A DNA stretch of 64,000 bases from Mobula hypostoma (lineage: Eukaryota), in the NCBI RefSeq assembly GCF_963921235.1, contig NC_086097.1, positions 72,852,001 to 72,916,000 on the forward strand, written 5' to 3'. Made by a program: the position numbers and the translations under genes. Positions 48,571 to 60,199 of the stretch are shown here, piece by piece. Below the pieces are notes generated by a model, which saw nothing but the letters and a program-made list of their open reading frames with translations, ran no database searches and was not told the DNA's origin. Each line of letters begins with the position of its first letter. The stretch's first letter is position 1.

Positions 48571-50599
48571 CTTGTGCATGTAAAGATTTGATGTCACAGG
48601 CTCAGCTTGTGTAAGAGTTTCTTTCCTACACTCTTGAGGGAAAATGAACAAAATATGCAATAAACACTCTGTGGCACTCATCACACAATGCAGATATAGT
48701 AGGAGGCTGTTTTCAAAGTATACTATTCATTGAATTCTCTTGTTTTTGTTCAAGGATCTTTGGAAGGTAAATCTAAGTGTTCTCTTCCAAAGAGGTAAAG
48801 GTCGTTCTGATAGATTGGCACGTTTTGAAGAACTGTTTCCCCCAAAGTGACAAGGTTGCTAATGAGTTCTTTATGTGCTAGTTTGGTCACTGAGCATATC
48901 ACAGTCATATCTGTGAGGAGAGTAAGATGCTGCCTTTAGAATTGGTAAAAAATAAAAACTGCTATGACCCAGCCATTCCTTGAAGATCACAATAAAACTT
49001 GTTTAGCGATATTAACCTTTAGTCACATTTACCATTGTCAAACTCTCAATAGTTTTATGAAGTATTTGAAAGGATTTAAATCCATTAGTTTATTTTTTTT
49101 CCTTGTGGCATCAAGCAGCATAGAATATTTATCCTATGCCATCAGCTGGAAGACAGACAGAAGATTATTATTGAATATAGACATGTAGAAGATTATAATT
49201 GAACACTGTGAGATTAGGTTAATCAACTTCTATTTTTTGGCAACTTGTTTACGTTTATTTTTATAACAAGCTTACTTGAAGTGTTAATCTAGAAATTGGT
49301 TTGCACTGCACATTTGCAGAAATGTATCTGCAGTAATGGTTCATTAGACAAATCTAATGACCACAGGAAATTCGTTCCATAAGATCATCAGTTCCCAACC
49401 ATTGTGTGGGGCACATGAGCTGTGTCTTGGGAGATAACGTGCAGATCCCTGAAGATAACAAAAGGTGGCTTGTTGAACCACTGGCACTAGGCCAACGGTA
49501 ATTCTGAAGTGAATGGGTGTGGCGGAATAAATATCAAGCAGATTGAGGAGAAACAATGCCTCTGACTCCAGGCAAATAAGAAAAAAAGTTCCATTTATCA
49601 CTCTGCCATCAGGTGGACCTTTATTGAAATGTTGCTGTTGGCCGTTACACCAGGGAAAATTAATCACAGTGCCACTTAGGGTTGTAGTCAACTGAAAACC
49701 AGTTTTGAATAGGGAAATGACTCAGACATTAGGTCACCAAACTATCAATGTGATGGTCTAATAGGCCTGATGCAAGTTTCAGATAGGTCCATTATCTAAT
49801 TGCTGTAAGTTTACTGAATATGGCCTACAATATCTATGCAGCCTGGATCTTTCTGGACCCGAAGTTTGTACCAAAGACCAATACCGCACAATCCAGTTTC
49901 TGCCCCATGGTTTGATTTGTACAATTACTTCAGGCAGATGCAGTACCAAGTAAAGATTTGGTGAAAAGTCAAAATAATGAACTTACTAGCCCCAGCTAAT
50001 TAAGTTTTGTAACTGAGGGGGCTTAAAGAAAAGACTTCAAATGTAATCGCTGTGATCCATCCAAGTAGAAAATGATTCCTTTCATCTGGATGATCAAAGT
50101 GATCCTAATTACTAGAAACATTCTCGTTTCATTGTATAAGTCTTTGAAGAGCTACTGATACTTCTTCCAGTGCACATGCAGAACATTCATGCTTCACTGC
50201 AGTGAAGATTTTATTATCCACAAGTGGCAGATTATCCCAAAGTCCTTTTTGAAGAGATCCTGACCATTTTTGGTATTAACATGAAAGAAATTATGACCTT
50301 GAAAAGCTTAGCTTCCTAGATAATTCTTGGGTTTAATCAGGAGAATCTCACAATTCAAATGCTACTTTACATTCTGAATTTATTGATTTGACTGACTGGT
50401 GAAATTTAATCAACAGCAACGATCACTTGATCCAAAAGGTACGTTGCTTGATGAAATAATTCTCTATATTCAGACTATGATTTATCCAAGTTGAGGTATT
50501 CCACAAGAAAAGCTTATGGTTTAAAAATGTCTGTCTGATACCACTGACTGTGAGGTTAATAGGCCCAAGCACAATTTATGAGATAACTCTAATATCAGG

Positions 50600-51330
50600 T
50601 TTTTCCTAATGCTGAATCAATTCTAATAGCCAACAAGTGATGATATCAAGATTATTAAAGAAATAGCATTCTCCTGTAGCTATATTCTCTTATTCAGATC
50701 AGCCTTTTCACATTAAAGCCAAGACATTAATGAGTAGGCTTCAAAAAACTATTAATAGAACAAGGCTGATGATTAAGCTAATGTGATTACATCCCCAAAA
50801 GAAGAATTGAAATGGTAATAGTAGAGGTTCTTAAATATTAAATGATATAAAATAAAAAACTGAGAAAATACATAAATGTGATAAAACTAAAATACAAAAT
50901 TAAGAATTTACAATTATGTAATTATTTAGTGTTGGGCATGTGACCAAGTGGTTAAGGCGTTCGTCTAGTGATTTGAAGGTCACTAGTTCGAGCCTCAACT
51001 GTGGCAGCGTGTTTGTGTCCTTGAGCAAGGCACTTAATCACACATTGCTCTAGTCTGTGCGAGGAGTGATGCCCCACACAGACTTCCAATCTGCACCTTG
51101 TAAGGCATGAAAATGCCCGACGCAGGCCTCTCATGGTCTGCGTCGACGCTCCCCCCTAAGGTTACCAAGGGAAAGCTTCTAGGGGAGAATTTGCGAGGCT
51201 TGTCTTTACTACCAAATTATGACCAGTTGTACATTAATGTTAGGTAGTCATGGCTCATGGTGGTAGTCTAGGTAGATGACATCTTAATTGTTAATCATGT
51301 GATTTAGAGTACAAGATAACTATACGAGAT
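50600..51330 (+). pseudogene. possible very old integrase core + RT remnant
   Basis: PVAIFSYSDQ (50673-50702), in-frame LHPQ (50787) and VV*VDDILIV (51263-51292); weak. Confidence 0.3.
50934..51157 (+). mobile_element. tRNA-derived SINE
   Basis: A box TGACCAAGTGG, B box GTTCGAGCC, then the TGTGTCCTTGAGCAAGGCACTTAA core typical of fish SINEs. Confidence 0.8.
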
Positions 51331-53179
51331 TAAAAACTAATGAATGAATGTTTCTATTAGGTAGCTTCAAAGAATATGTGTTTATGGAAACATTTTGTGA
51401 TAGAAAGGATCCCAAGTCTCCATACTTGCATTCCTTAGCTGCAGCATATTTGAGAAAGACCAGAAGTGTAATCAAAGAGGCAGGCTCTGAAATGTAGGAG
51501 GGAACATGTAAGATGAAAGGGTTTTGAAGGAGAGAATTCTGAAGAGTATAACTATGACACCTAATGGCAGAATGGAAACAGCAGTGGACTCACAGAGAAA
51601 AATCAAACTGGGACATGAGATTACAGAAGGAAGTGGAGTAAGCCCAGCAGCAAGAGGATTTACAAATAGTGATTGTGAAAATTAACGTTGCGAAGATGGA
51701 GGGCAGCCATTTCCGAAATACAGAGCAAAACATCGCAGCAATTTATCAGACAATATTTGACTCTGGAACTACTGGGAGGCTAATAGGGTTGCTGTCTAAA
51801 AGTTTAGTGAAACAGATAAGGTATCAGAAAGAAAGAAGTAGAGAGGTAGAATTTATTCCATTTTTCAGTAAGTTCTCAATGTGGTAACATAAGTGCATGG
51901 AATTCTGCTTCTGAAGTGAACGGAACCAAATTTCATGTACAATGGTCAACAGATTTCTATCCTGTGGAGGTTAGTGTAATGAACACCCAAGTATGCATGG
52001 CTATGACCAGAGGTAAAACAATTAAATTCAAGTCTGATTAGTGTGTTCAGAATCAGTGAAGTACAGATATCCCAGAGAGATCCAGGTCCAGAGAGATGGC
52101 ATTCTCTTAATAATTGTAAGTTAACTTCCAGCTATATTCATTATTTAGTTTCTGGTCATAAATGGGACCCGGTCTTCAGTACTTAATGTAAGTGGAAAGC
52201 AGTAGTCAATTTAAAGTTGAAAAACACAGTTTTGCAAGCAAGCACTGTATATCGCTTAGGATCTTGGCCACAGCACCTGTCTTATTGCCGAAGAGGTGCA
52301 GTATAAGACAAGGATTTTTTGATTTGACTTGTTTCAAGTACAACAATGTTGGCTAAGTTGTTCAATTCAAGGAAGCTTGCACACAAGATGGAGACAATCA
52401 CTTAGTACATCAAAAACTGATCTATTAATAAGATGGAAAGTTTACAAAATCAGCGAAGTTAGCTTCACAATATTAATTGTGGGTACTTGGGATCTCTGTC
52501 TACAAGAAGCTTTTAGACCACTTTTGTTAAAATGTATCTGAAAGAATATCACGTGTGTGAGAAGTCCTCCAAATGGCAAAGAAACTGTATAAATGTAGAG
52601 AACGGTTCAGGCTTATTAGAAATGGGGTAAGAAACATCAAGAAGCATGGAAGAAACACAGGACGAACAAGAATCCATTCCTCTGCCTTCAATATTTGTGA
52701 CAGACATCATTTGCATCATAGGTATGTCTTTTTAGACAACAGGAATTGTATCCATGTTTTGGAAATCCTTTGTGTTTTAAAAATGGTTTGTAATTCGCAA
52801 ATCTTTAATAAGATAGAAATCATCGTAGTTTTAAATGTGTTTTAAGAATGTTGTTTGGAATTAGAAGTACATCACTGTAAATAAATGAACTGTATTTTAA
52901 ATTATTTTGTTAGCAGGTAGTATCTTATTGGTGGGGGGGGGGGCTCACCAGTCAAATATTGGGTATTGGCATTGAAACTCACCATGGAGAATAAACAGGG
53001 AAGTGGCCCAATCTTTGAAGATTGGGTCATTACAGTATAACCTTCCTTTAATGAGGGTACTCAAGACTATTTATATCTGATAAGGCTTAAGGTCTTCAAT
53101 AGAGTTTAGAACTTCACTGTCAACAATTCCAATACCATCACTGAATAAACTCTAGACTATCATCGAGACAAAATGATCA

Positions 53180-55430
53180 GAACAAAATTGAAACATATTT
53201 GTGCAAATATTATGACCATATACATCAATATCCTAATCACTGTGGGATGGTTGATATTGAATCAACTAAATTAGGATGCAATCTTTTCCCACGCCAGAAA
53301 GAGTGGCATATTACTGACTATAAGGAAAACAATCCCCAGAAAACTGCAGATTCCCTCTATAAACAAGATATTTTTGATAAAAGAACATTCCTGATTTAAC
53401 TTGCCCATGTTTGGTGCAGCAAACCCTGATGGACAATGGTGATTGGTCATCGACTACATCATCCTAAATAAAAACACAGAACTTGTCGTGGCCCAGAAAC
53501 AGGTATTATAGCAAATAGACTTATAAAAACTTTACATGGATCTAGCTAATGGTTTCTGGTCACCCTCACTTTTTGAAAGTGACAGACATTACACAGCCTA
53601 AAGCACCCAATAGCTTACAATGTCAGTGGACCAGATTCCCACAAGGTTTTTTAGAATACTGCACCAATATTTTTTGCAGGAGTCTTTCAAACTCTACAAG
53701 GAATTCCAAAAGTTTGTGTGTATGTTGATGATGAACACACAGATTCACTGGACACAGATTGAAACTGACATTAAAAGATCGACAGACAGAAGCTATGTAA
53801 TTAACATTAAAGATCTCAACCCTGTCATACAAAAGTACATTTCCTAGTTTTGACAATTACTAATCAGGGACCGTGATTTAACCCCTGAATTTAGACAAAA
53901 GTCTCTCAAGTGGGATATCCAATAACCATAAAAGCCTTGCACTCAACCCTAGGCCTATTGAACAACGCCAGAGCTTTCATACCTGACTATGCTCAATTCT
54001 CAAAATCATTATACATTAGATGTTCACCGAAGAATGAAAGCTCCTTTGTTTTTACCGCAGGAGATTATGAGGCACTAGAGAAATTGATGATTGCAGTTCA
54101 GCAAGGAATAGAGCTCTGGACAAAAGACCTAACAAAACTTTTTCTTCTGCAAATTCATGTTGCTCAAAATTTGCAGTGGCCTTCTGCTATAATGAGAGAG
54201 AAGAAACACAAGCTCCCATGCACTCTGCCTCATAGCATAGTTTCACCCCAACAGAACAGAAATGTATTGCCTTACAATGATATCTTACTATGGTTATTCT
54301 ATACACTTGTAGTAAGGTCACTGCAAGAGAATAAACCAATTATTATACAAACAGAAACTGTGACTTTGAAAAATGATAGCAAATTAGCTACCATAACTCG
54401 ATATGGGAAATGGGAAATACTTTTACAAGACAAAACATTAAAATGGGAATACATTCCTGAGAACTATGACTTACAATAGTTACCTGTTATGGAGAGTGCA
54501 GAACCATCTTCTCCAAGACCCAATGTAACATGACATCCTTTAGAGCACTATTCTCAAATATGCTACTGGCATGGATCAGCAATCAGAATATAACTATAAT
54601 CCCTGCTCTTGATTGTAAAAGGGCATTTTTTTATTTATCAGAAACAGAATTTGAATAACGTGAGTTGCAAGCACATCCTTTAGGACAGGGGTTCCAATCC
54701 TAGGGTCCATGGAACCCTTGGTTAATAATATGGCTCCATTGCATAATAAAAGTTGGGAACGCTTGCTTTAGGGAATCGTGCAGCTCAGTTTGCAGAGGGA
54801 GGCTAAAGCCCTTGAATTATGTCTAAGACTATAGAACCATACTTGACTGACTCGGATTATGTTAGGAATGCTGTAAAAATCAGATCTCTCATCTGATCAG
54901 CTACTGGATGAGAACACACCGAGGTAAAGTGCTACCACATTTGTCCATATGAAAGAATATTTTATGAACTACTATTGACTCGACCATTAGCATGGGTGTT
55001 ACATGTCCCAGGACATACTGCAGGTCTCCTATTCATCTGTGGTAATAAGCCAGTAAAACAAGCTGTCAGAATGGACTTTACTCCAATAAGAGAGGCCAGG
55101 ATTTTGGAATGAACTCAGTAATAAGGAAAAAAAACAATCAGGATAATGTTTTAGCAATTCTCCGAAACAATACTGAACCCAATCTCAAAGCATTTCCAAC
55201 ACTGTACAAATAAGAAGCTGATGGTGAAGGTAAGGTTTGGGTTTGCAGCTCCAAGAAGGATAAAAAGCAAGTACAAGTAGAAAGCATTGATTCAAGAAGC
55301 CTAACAAGGACTTGGATCGAATCATGATGGTAGACAAGCTACTGATGCGAAATTAGCCATGTTATACTGGTGGCCTAACATGTTGAGTGATTCTAAGCAA
55401 TTTATTGCAATTAGTAAAGATTGTTAGCCT
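53180..55430 (+). pseudogene. pol: endogenous foamy-like retrovirus pol (RT-tether-RNase H-IN N-terminus), decayed
   Basis: In order: HQYPNHCG..RQKEWHI..DSLYKQ (53199-53399); PMFGAANPDGQW*LVIDY (53404); DLANGFWS (53539); WTRFPQGF (53627); GIPKVCVYVDD (YVDD 53721-53732); LHSTLGLLNNARAFIPDYA; RYGKWEILLQD; HPLEHYSQICYWHGSAIR (~54534-54587); PLG|NRAAQFAE; LTDSDYV; HVPGH..GN; HDGRQATDAKLAMLYWWPNM (55323-55382). Confidence 0.88.
54686..54765. mobile_element. 80-bp hAT MITE inserted in the foamy-like RNase H
   Basis: CAGGGGTTCC...GGGAACGCTTG with TSD CTTTAGGA (54678-54685) / CTTTAGGG (54766-54773); removing it restores HPLGNRAAQFAE. Confidence 0.85.
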
Positions 55431-55439
55431 TGAAGATTG

Positions 55440-57533
55440 TTGAAGATGCTGGAGAGGTGGTGATGGGGGAACAAAGAAATGGTGGATGAACTGAATAAAT
55501 ATTTTGCATCAGTTTTCACTGTGGAAGACACTAGCAGTATACTGGAATTTCAAGAATGTCAGGAGGCAGAGGTGTGTGGAGTTGCCATTACTAGGGAGAA
55601 GCTTCTTGGGAAACTGAAAGATCCGAAGGTAGATAAGTCATCTGGACCAGATGGTGTACACACCAGTGTTCTGAAAGGGGTGGCTTAAGAGATTTTGGAG
55701 GTATTAGCAGTGATCTTTGAAGAATCTCTAGATTCTGAAATGCTTCTGGAGGACTGGAAAATTGCAAATACCACTCCACTCTTCAAAACGGAAGAGAGAC
55801 AGAAGAAAGGAAATAATACGCCAGTTAGTCTGACTCAGTGGTTGGGAAGATGTTGGAATTAAATGTTAAAGAAGTGGTTTTGGGGTACTTGGAGAAACAT
55901 AGTAGTCAGGCTGGTTTTCTGAAGAGAAAATCTTGTCTGACAAATCTATTAGAATTCTTTGAAGAAATAATAAGCAGGATCGACAAAGGCAAATCGCGAT
56001 GGATGTTGTGTACTTGGATTTTCAGAAGGCCTTTGGCAAGGTACCACACATGAGGCTGCTTAACAAGTTAAGAGCCCATGACATTATAGGAAAGATACTA
56101 GCATGGATAAAGCATGGACTGCTTCTTTTTACTTTATATGTCAATGACTTGGACAATGGAATTGATGGCCTTGTGGCCAAATTTGTGAATGATACAAATA
56201 TAGGTGGAGGGGCAAGTAGTTTTGAAGAAGTTGAGAAGCTACAGTAGAACTTAAACAGATTAGAAGAATGAGCAAAGAAGTAGCAGATGGAATATAGTGT
56301 CGAGAAGTGTATGGTCATGCACTTTGGTAGAAGAAATAAAAGCAGAGTTTTTTCTAAATGGAGCGAAAATTCAAAAATCTGAGCTGCAAAGGGACTTGGG
56401 AGCCTTTGTGCAGGATTCCCTAAAGGTTATTTTGCAAGTTGAATCTGTGGTGATAAAGACTAATTCAATGTTAGCATTCATTTCGAGATGACTAGAATTT
56501 AAAAGCATAGATGTAATGTTGAGGCTTAAAAAGCACTGGTGAGGCCTCACTTTGAATAATGAGAGCAGTTTTGGCCCCCTTATCTCAGAAACAAAAATAA
56601 TCCTGGGATTGAAAGGCTTGTCATATGAAGAGCATTTGATGGCTCTGGGCCTCTACTCACTTAAATTCAGGAGAATGAGAAGTGACCTCATTGAATGTTG
56701 AAATGCCTCGATACAGTGGATGTGGAGAGGATATTTCCTGTGGTGGGTGAGTCTAAAGCCTGATTTATACTTGTGCGTACGGGCTACGTTGTAGGCCTGA
56801 TTTATACTTCTGCGTAGCCCTACGCTGTAGTGAGCATGCGTTGTTGTGTCTGCGTCGCTCTGCAATTCACCGCCAAAACATTAGTAGGCGGTGGGGTTTC
56901 TATGCCACTGTGTTGAGTTTCTTCATGAAAGACATGGACGAGGAAATGCACTTCAAATATTTTCGGATGTCAGCGGGTAGATTTGACGATTTGGTTCATC
57001 ATCTCCAACCATTTATTTCGCATCAGTGTACAGACATGGCGGAGAAAAGCAACCGGAAATGCAATGCTACCAAGCGGACCAATCACAGTTGTTACGGTCT
57101 GCGTCACCGCGACACGTGAGTTACTTTTTTGGGGAGGTGCACATCACCCTACGGCATAGGGTGCGGCACAGGGTACGCAGTACCCATGGCGTACATTTGA
57201 CGCAGAAGTATAAATCAGGCTTAAGACCAGAGAACACAGCCTCAGAATAGAGGGGTGTCCATTTAGAAGAGATGAGGAGGGATTTCTTTAGCCAGAGAGT
57301 GGTGAATCTGTCCAATTCATTGCCACAGGTGGCCATGTAAGTCAAATCATTGGGTATACTTAAGGCGGAGGTTGACGGATTCTTGATTAGTCATGGCATG
57401 AAGCAGTATGGGGAGAAGGCAAGAGTTTGGGGGTGAGAGGAAAAATGGGTTATCCATGATGAAATGGTGCAGCATACTCAATGCGCCAAATGGCCTAATT
57501 CAGCTGCTATATCTTAAGGTCTTAGGGTCTTAT
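55440..57533 (+). mobile_element. 5'-truncated CR1 LINE inserted in the foamy-like provirus
   Basis: ELNKYFASVFTVED, SSGPDGVHTSVLK, YLDFQKAFGKVPH, FVNDTNIGG; tail TCTTAAGGTCTTAGGGTCTTAT. Same subfamily as 8281-12895. Confidence 0.9.
56757..57221 (+). mobile_element. non-autonomous PIF/Harbinger element with transposase fragment
   Basis: TIRs AGCCTGATTTATACTT / AAGTATAAATCAGGCT; TAA TSD (56754-56756, 57222-57224); internal peptide MDEEMHFKYFRMSAGRFDDLVHHLQPFISHQCT like the Harbinger transposase N-terminus. Confidence 0.85.
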
Positions 57534-57539
57534 AAAATG

Positions 57540-58680
57540 AAACTGTTTTCATCCCTGGTCAACTGATAAGTCCAATAAGCATTTTAGAGATTTTAGTCCC
57601 GTAGAGTATTGTATCTAACCAGGTTTCCTACTTGTCCCTAACCAAACAGTCATGAATAGATTGTGCTGTAGTGCAAATAATACCTGACCACAAAAATTCA
57701 TTCAGAATTATTGGTGTCCTTACGAATTCAATTTTATTTCAGACAGACTTTGAATACAAGTTGAAAAATGGGGAAACAAGCCTATGATAAATGTTACTGT
57801 TGGAGACCTGTTGATAATGCTGAATTTTGAGGTTGCACTGATAACATTACTCCACAAATAGGCAATGTTACATACACAGACAAACCTTCAATTAAGGCTG
57901 AGTAGCTCAGTCAGATAGTATTATCATCAGCAGGCAAAAAAAAAAAGCAATTTGGCCCTTAACAATTTTCATGACATTAAAAAAAATATATTAGAGTAAA
58001 ACTGCCTGTAAAGCCACGCCTTAACAGTGTTCACTCACATAATAACATTGATGTGATCTTTCATTTCACTCCGAAGGTAGAAATTTCTGCTGACAGGAGT
58101 TGTTCATTCATACTGTAATCAGAGGTTTTTATCACTTTTTAAGGTTTATAGAGGAAGTGACTCTTGGAGTAATCTGATTAGTTAATCTGTGTTGCGAATC
58201 TCAAGGCACGATCCAGGTTTAAGGAACGATTTATGATGGATGCAACAAGGAATATTCTAGAAGGGCTTGGTATTTGTCCACAAAGCTGAGTCAAATCAAA
58301 ATAATATTTCTCTGTATAGTATGACAGTAACTGAACTGATACAATCAGACAAGCGAGTCACCTCCTTTTACAAGTTTCCCTGCAGACTCAGACTAAACCC
58401 TTGACTGGCTTAACGCTAGAGGTGAAACAATCGCTAAGACCTTTCCAGCTGTTGCAAATTTAGCTTCTGCAGCAGCAAATATAGTTTCTTGTAACACACA
58501 GATGTAGCTGAACATGACTACATGGTAACTCTTTGCATGTAGTTTCAAAGGGAATCCTCAAATATTTCCTTTTAGGACTACTACAGCTGAAACCCACAGT
58601 CGCAGCCATGGGTAAGCAATGTTGTTTTAAGATGCTTAATTTATAAAGTCAGTGATATTAATTTACATTCAAATCCACTA
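57540..58680 (+). pseudogene. env: foamy-like env remnant (internally deleted; mainly TM subunit)
   Basis: Collinear peptides LSQI (57906), NNFHDI (57961), LSTKLSQIKI (~58275), RQASHLLLQVSL (~58348), TLDWLNARGETIAKTFPAVANLASAAANIVS (58397-58489), SKGILKYFLLGLLQLKPTVAAMG (58545-58613), LIYKV (~58636). Confidence 0.65.
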
Positions 58681-58737
58681 ATGGAGCCCAACTCATGGAC
58701 CACACACATATTTCGGTACTATGCATAATAACGTCTG

Positions 58738-59112
58738 AACACAACAGAGAATCTGGAACTCAGCATTTGTCAAGCAGCACTGATGGCAGGAAAGGAATCG
58801 CAGATATTTTGAGTCAAAACTCTGTATAAGAACTGAGAATGGAGAGAGAAGATAGTCAATATAAAGAGGAGAAGGGGAGTGGTGAGGTGATAGGTGGATT
58901 GGCACCATCTGTATACCTCTTGAGACCTGACCCAACAGTCCCTTTCTCTGCTTTATACTGGCCATCTCCCTTCTCCACTTTCAGTCCTAATGGAGGGTTT
59001 TGACCTGAAGCATTGTCAATTCCTTTCCTCCCACAGATGATGCTCAACCTAGTGAGTTGGTCACATTTGGTTGTTGCTCCAATTCCAGTGTCTGAAATCT
59101 CTTGTGTCTCCA
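58738..59112. mobile_element. inverted pair of Penelope-type terminal repeats
   Basis: Left arm (GGAACTCAGC...GGAAAGGAAT...GAGAGAAGATAGTCAATATAAAG) is approximately the reverse complement of the right arm (CTTTATACTGGCCATCTCCC...ATTCCTTTCC...GTGAGTT). Confidence 0.6.
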
Positions 59113-59354
59113 AAGCCTATGTACATGTATTTAACACATCAGTTTAAAGTTCCAATATTATTGTAAGTGGTGCTCTGTTCATAACCTGGACTTTGCAGTC
59201 ATACTCAAGTTTTGCCATTGTTACTCAAAGAAACCAACAATTGTTTAGAATTTTCACACATATGGTTCAACATACCATATCAGGATAGACTGTTCACAAT
59301 TGTCTATAATTAAAAATAAAATAAAATCACTTTATGGCATCAATCTAGGTTTCT

Positions 59355-59572
59355 CACAACAAACTGTCTGCTGGAGGTATTCAGTGACTCGAGCAGCTTC
59401 AGTTGGAGGGAAAGGAATTGTTAAATGTTCCTTTTAAAACACTGCATCAGGACAAGATGCAGTTTTTCAATTAGTAACCTCAATAATACTTCCCCTTGCT
59501 GCTGAATTTGTTGAGTTTGTCCACCAGATTGCTTGTTGCTCTAGACTCCGGCACCTGCAATTTCTTGCATCT
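59355..59572. mobile_element. second inverted Penelope-type terminal repeat pair
   Basis: ACAACAAACTGTCTGCTGGAGG...GCAGC versus GCTGC...GTCCACCAGATTGCTTGTTG, followed by a CCGGCACCTGCA tail. Confidence 0.5.
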
Positions 59573-60199
59573 CTAGGTTTCTAGAACCCATTACAAAATA
59601 TTCTATTAGACTTATACTGATGTCTCTATGAGCTATTAACAATGTACTCCACCCAAAATATGACTCAGCACACCATCTAAAACACTCTGGTTATCTACCC
59701 TATTTATGCCATTCATGATTTTATATACCTCTGCCAGGTGTTGCCTGGCCTTTGATGTTCCAGAGAATACAATCCTAGTTTATCCAACCACCTTGTAGCT
59801 AATACTTTCTAATCCCTGCCATGCAGATTGCCAAAACTTTGTTAATTTTTTTCAGTCTTTGGTGAGTACGGTGACTATGATAATCACAAATGTCAGGCCA
59901 ATATGAGCTTCTATAAATTATCTAATAGCTGTATGAGTTAATACAAGGCAAACATTATATTTGAATTTGTGGGCCATAAATGTAAAAGATAATCTGGCAC
60001 CTGCTAATGATTGAGTTTGTCCTTGCTCTTTCAATGTTGGTAGCATTTTTTGCTCTAACTTTCTGAAAGTGCGGACTGCTATTCTAATACGGAAGCAGGA
60101 TTTCCAGGATTGGCCTAATCTGAATAAGACTGAATTATCTCCAACCAATCAGATGACAAGTAAAGAGTAAGAGAGAGGGTAAGTGCTATGAATTAATTC

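Noticed and set aside
49344..49691. 115-aa minus-strand ORF
   Set aside because: No recognisable motif and a non-ATG start; consistent with a chance ORF.
50934..51010. tRNA gene
   Set aside because: A/B boxes run directly into a SINE core and the acceptor stem is not intact; the same applies to 30192 and 38303.
51500..53180. gag, protease, PBS and 5' LTR of the foamy-like provirus
   Set aside because: Only a faint YW..IG.. trace near 52960. No convincing DSG/DTG motif, Gag motif, tRNA-Lys-type PBS or LTR pair was found.
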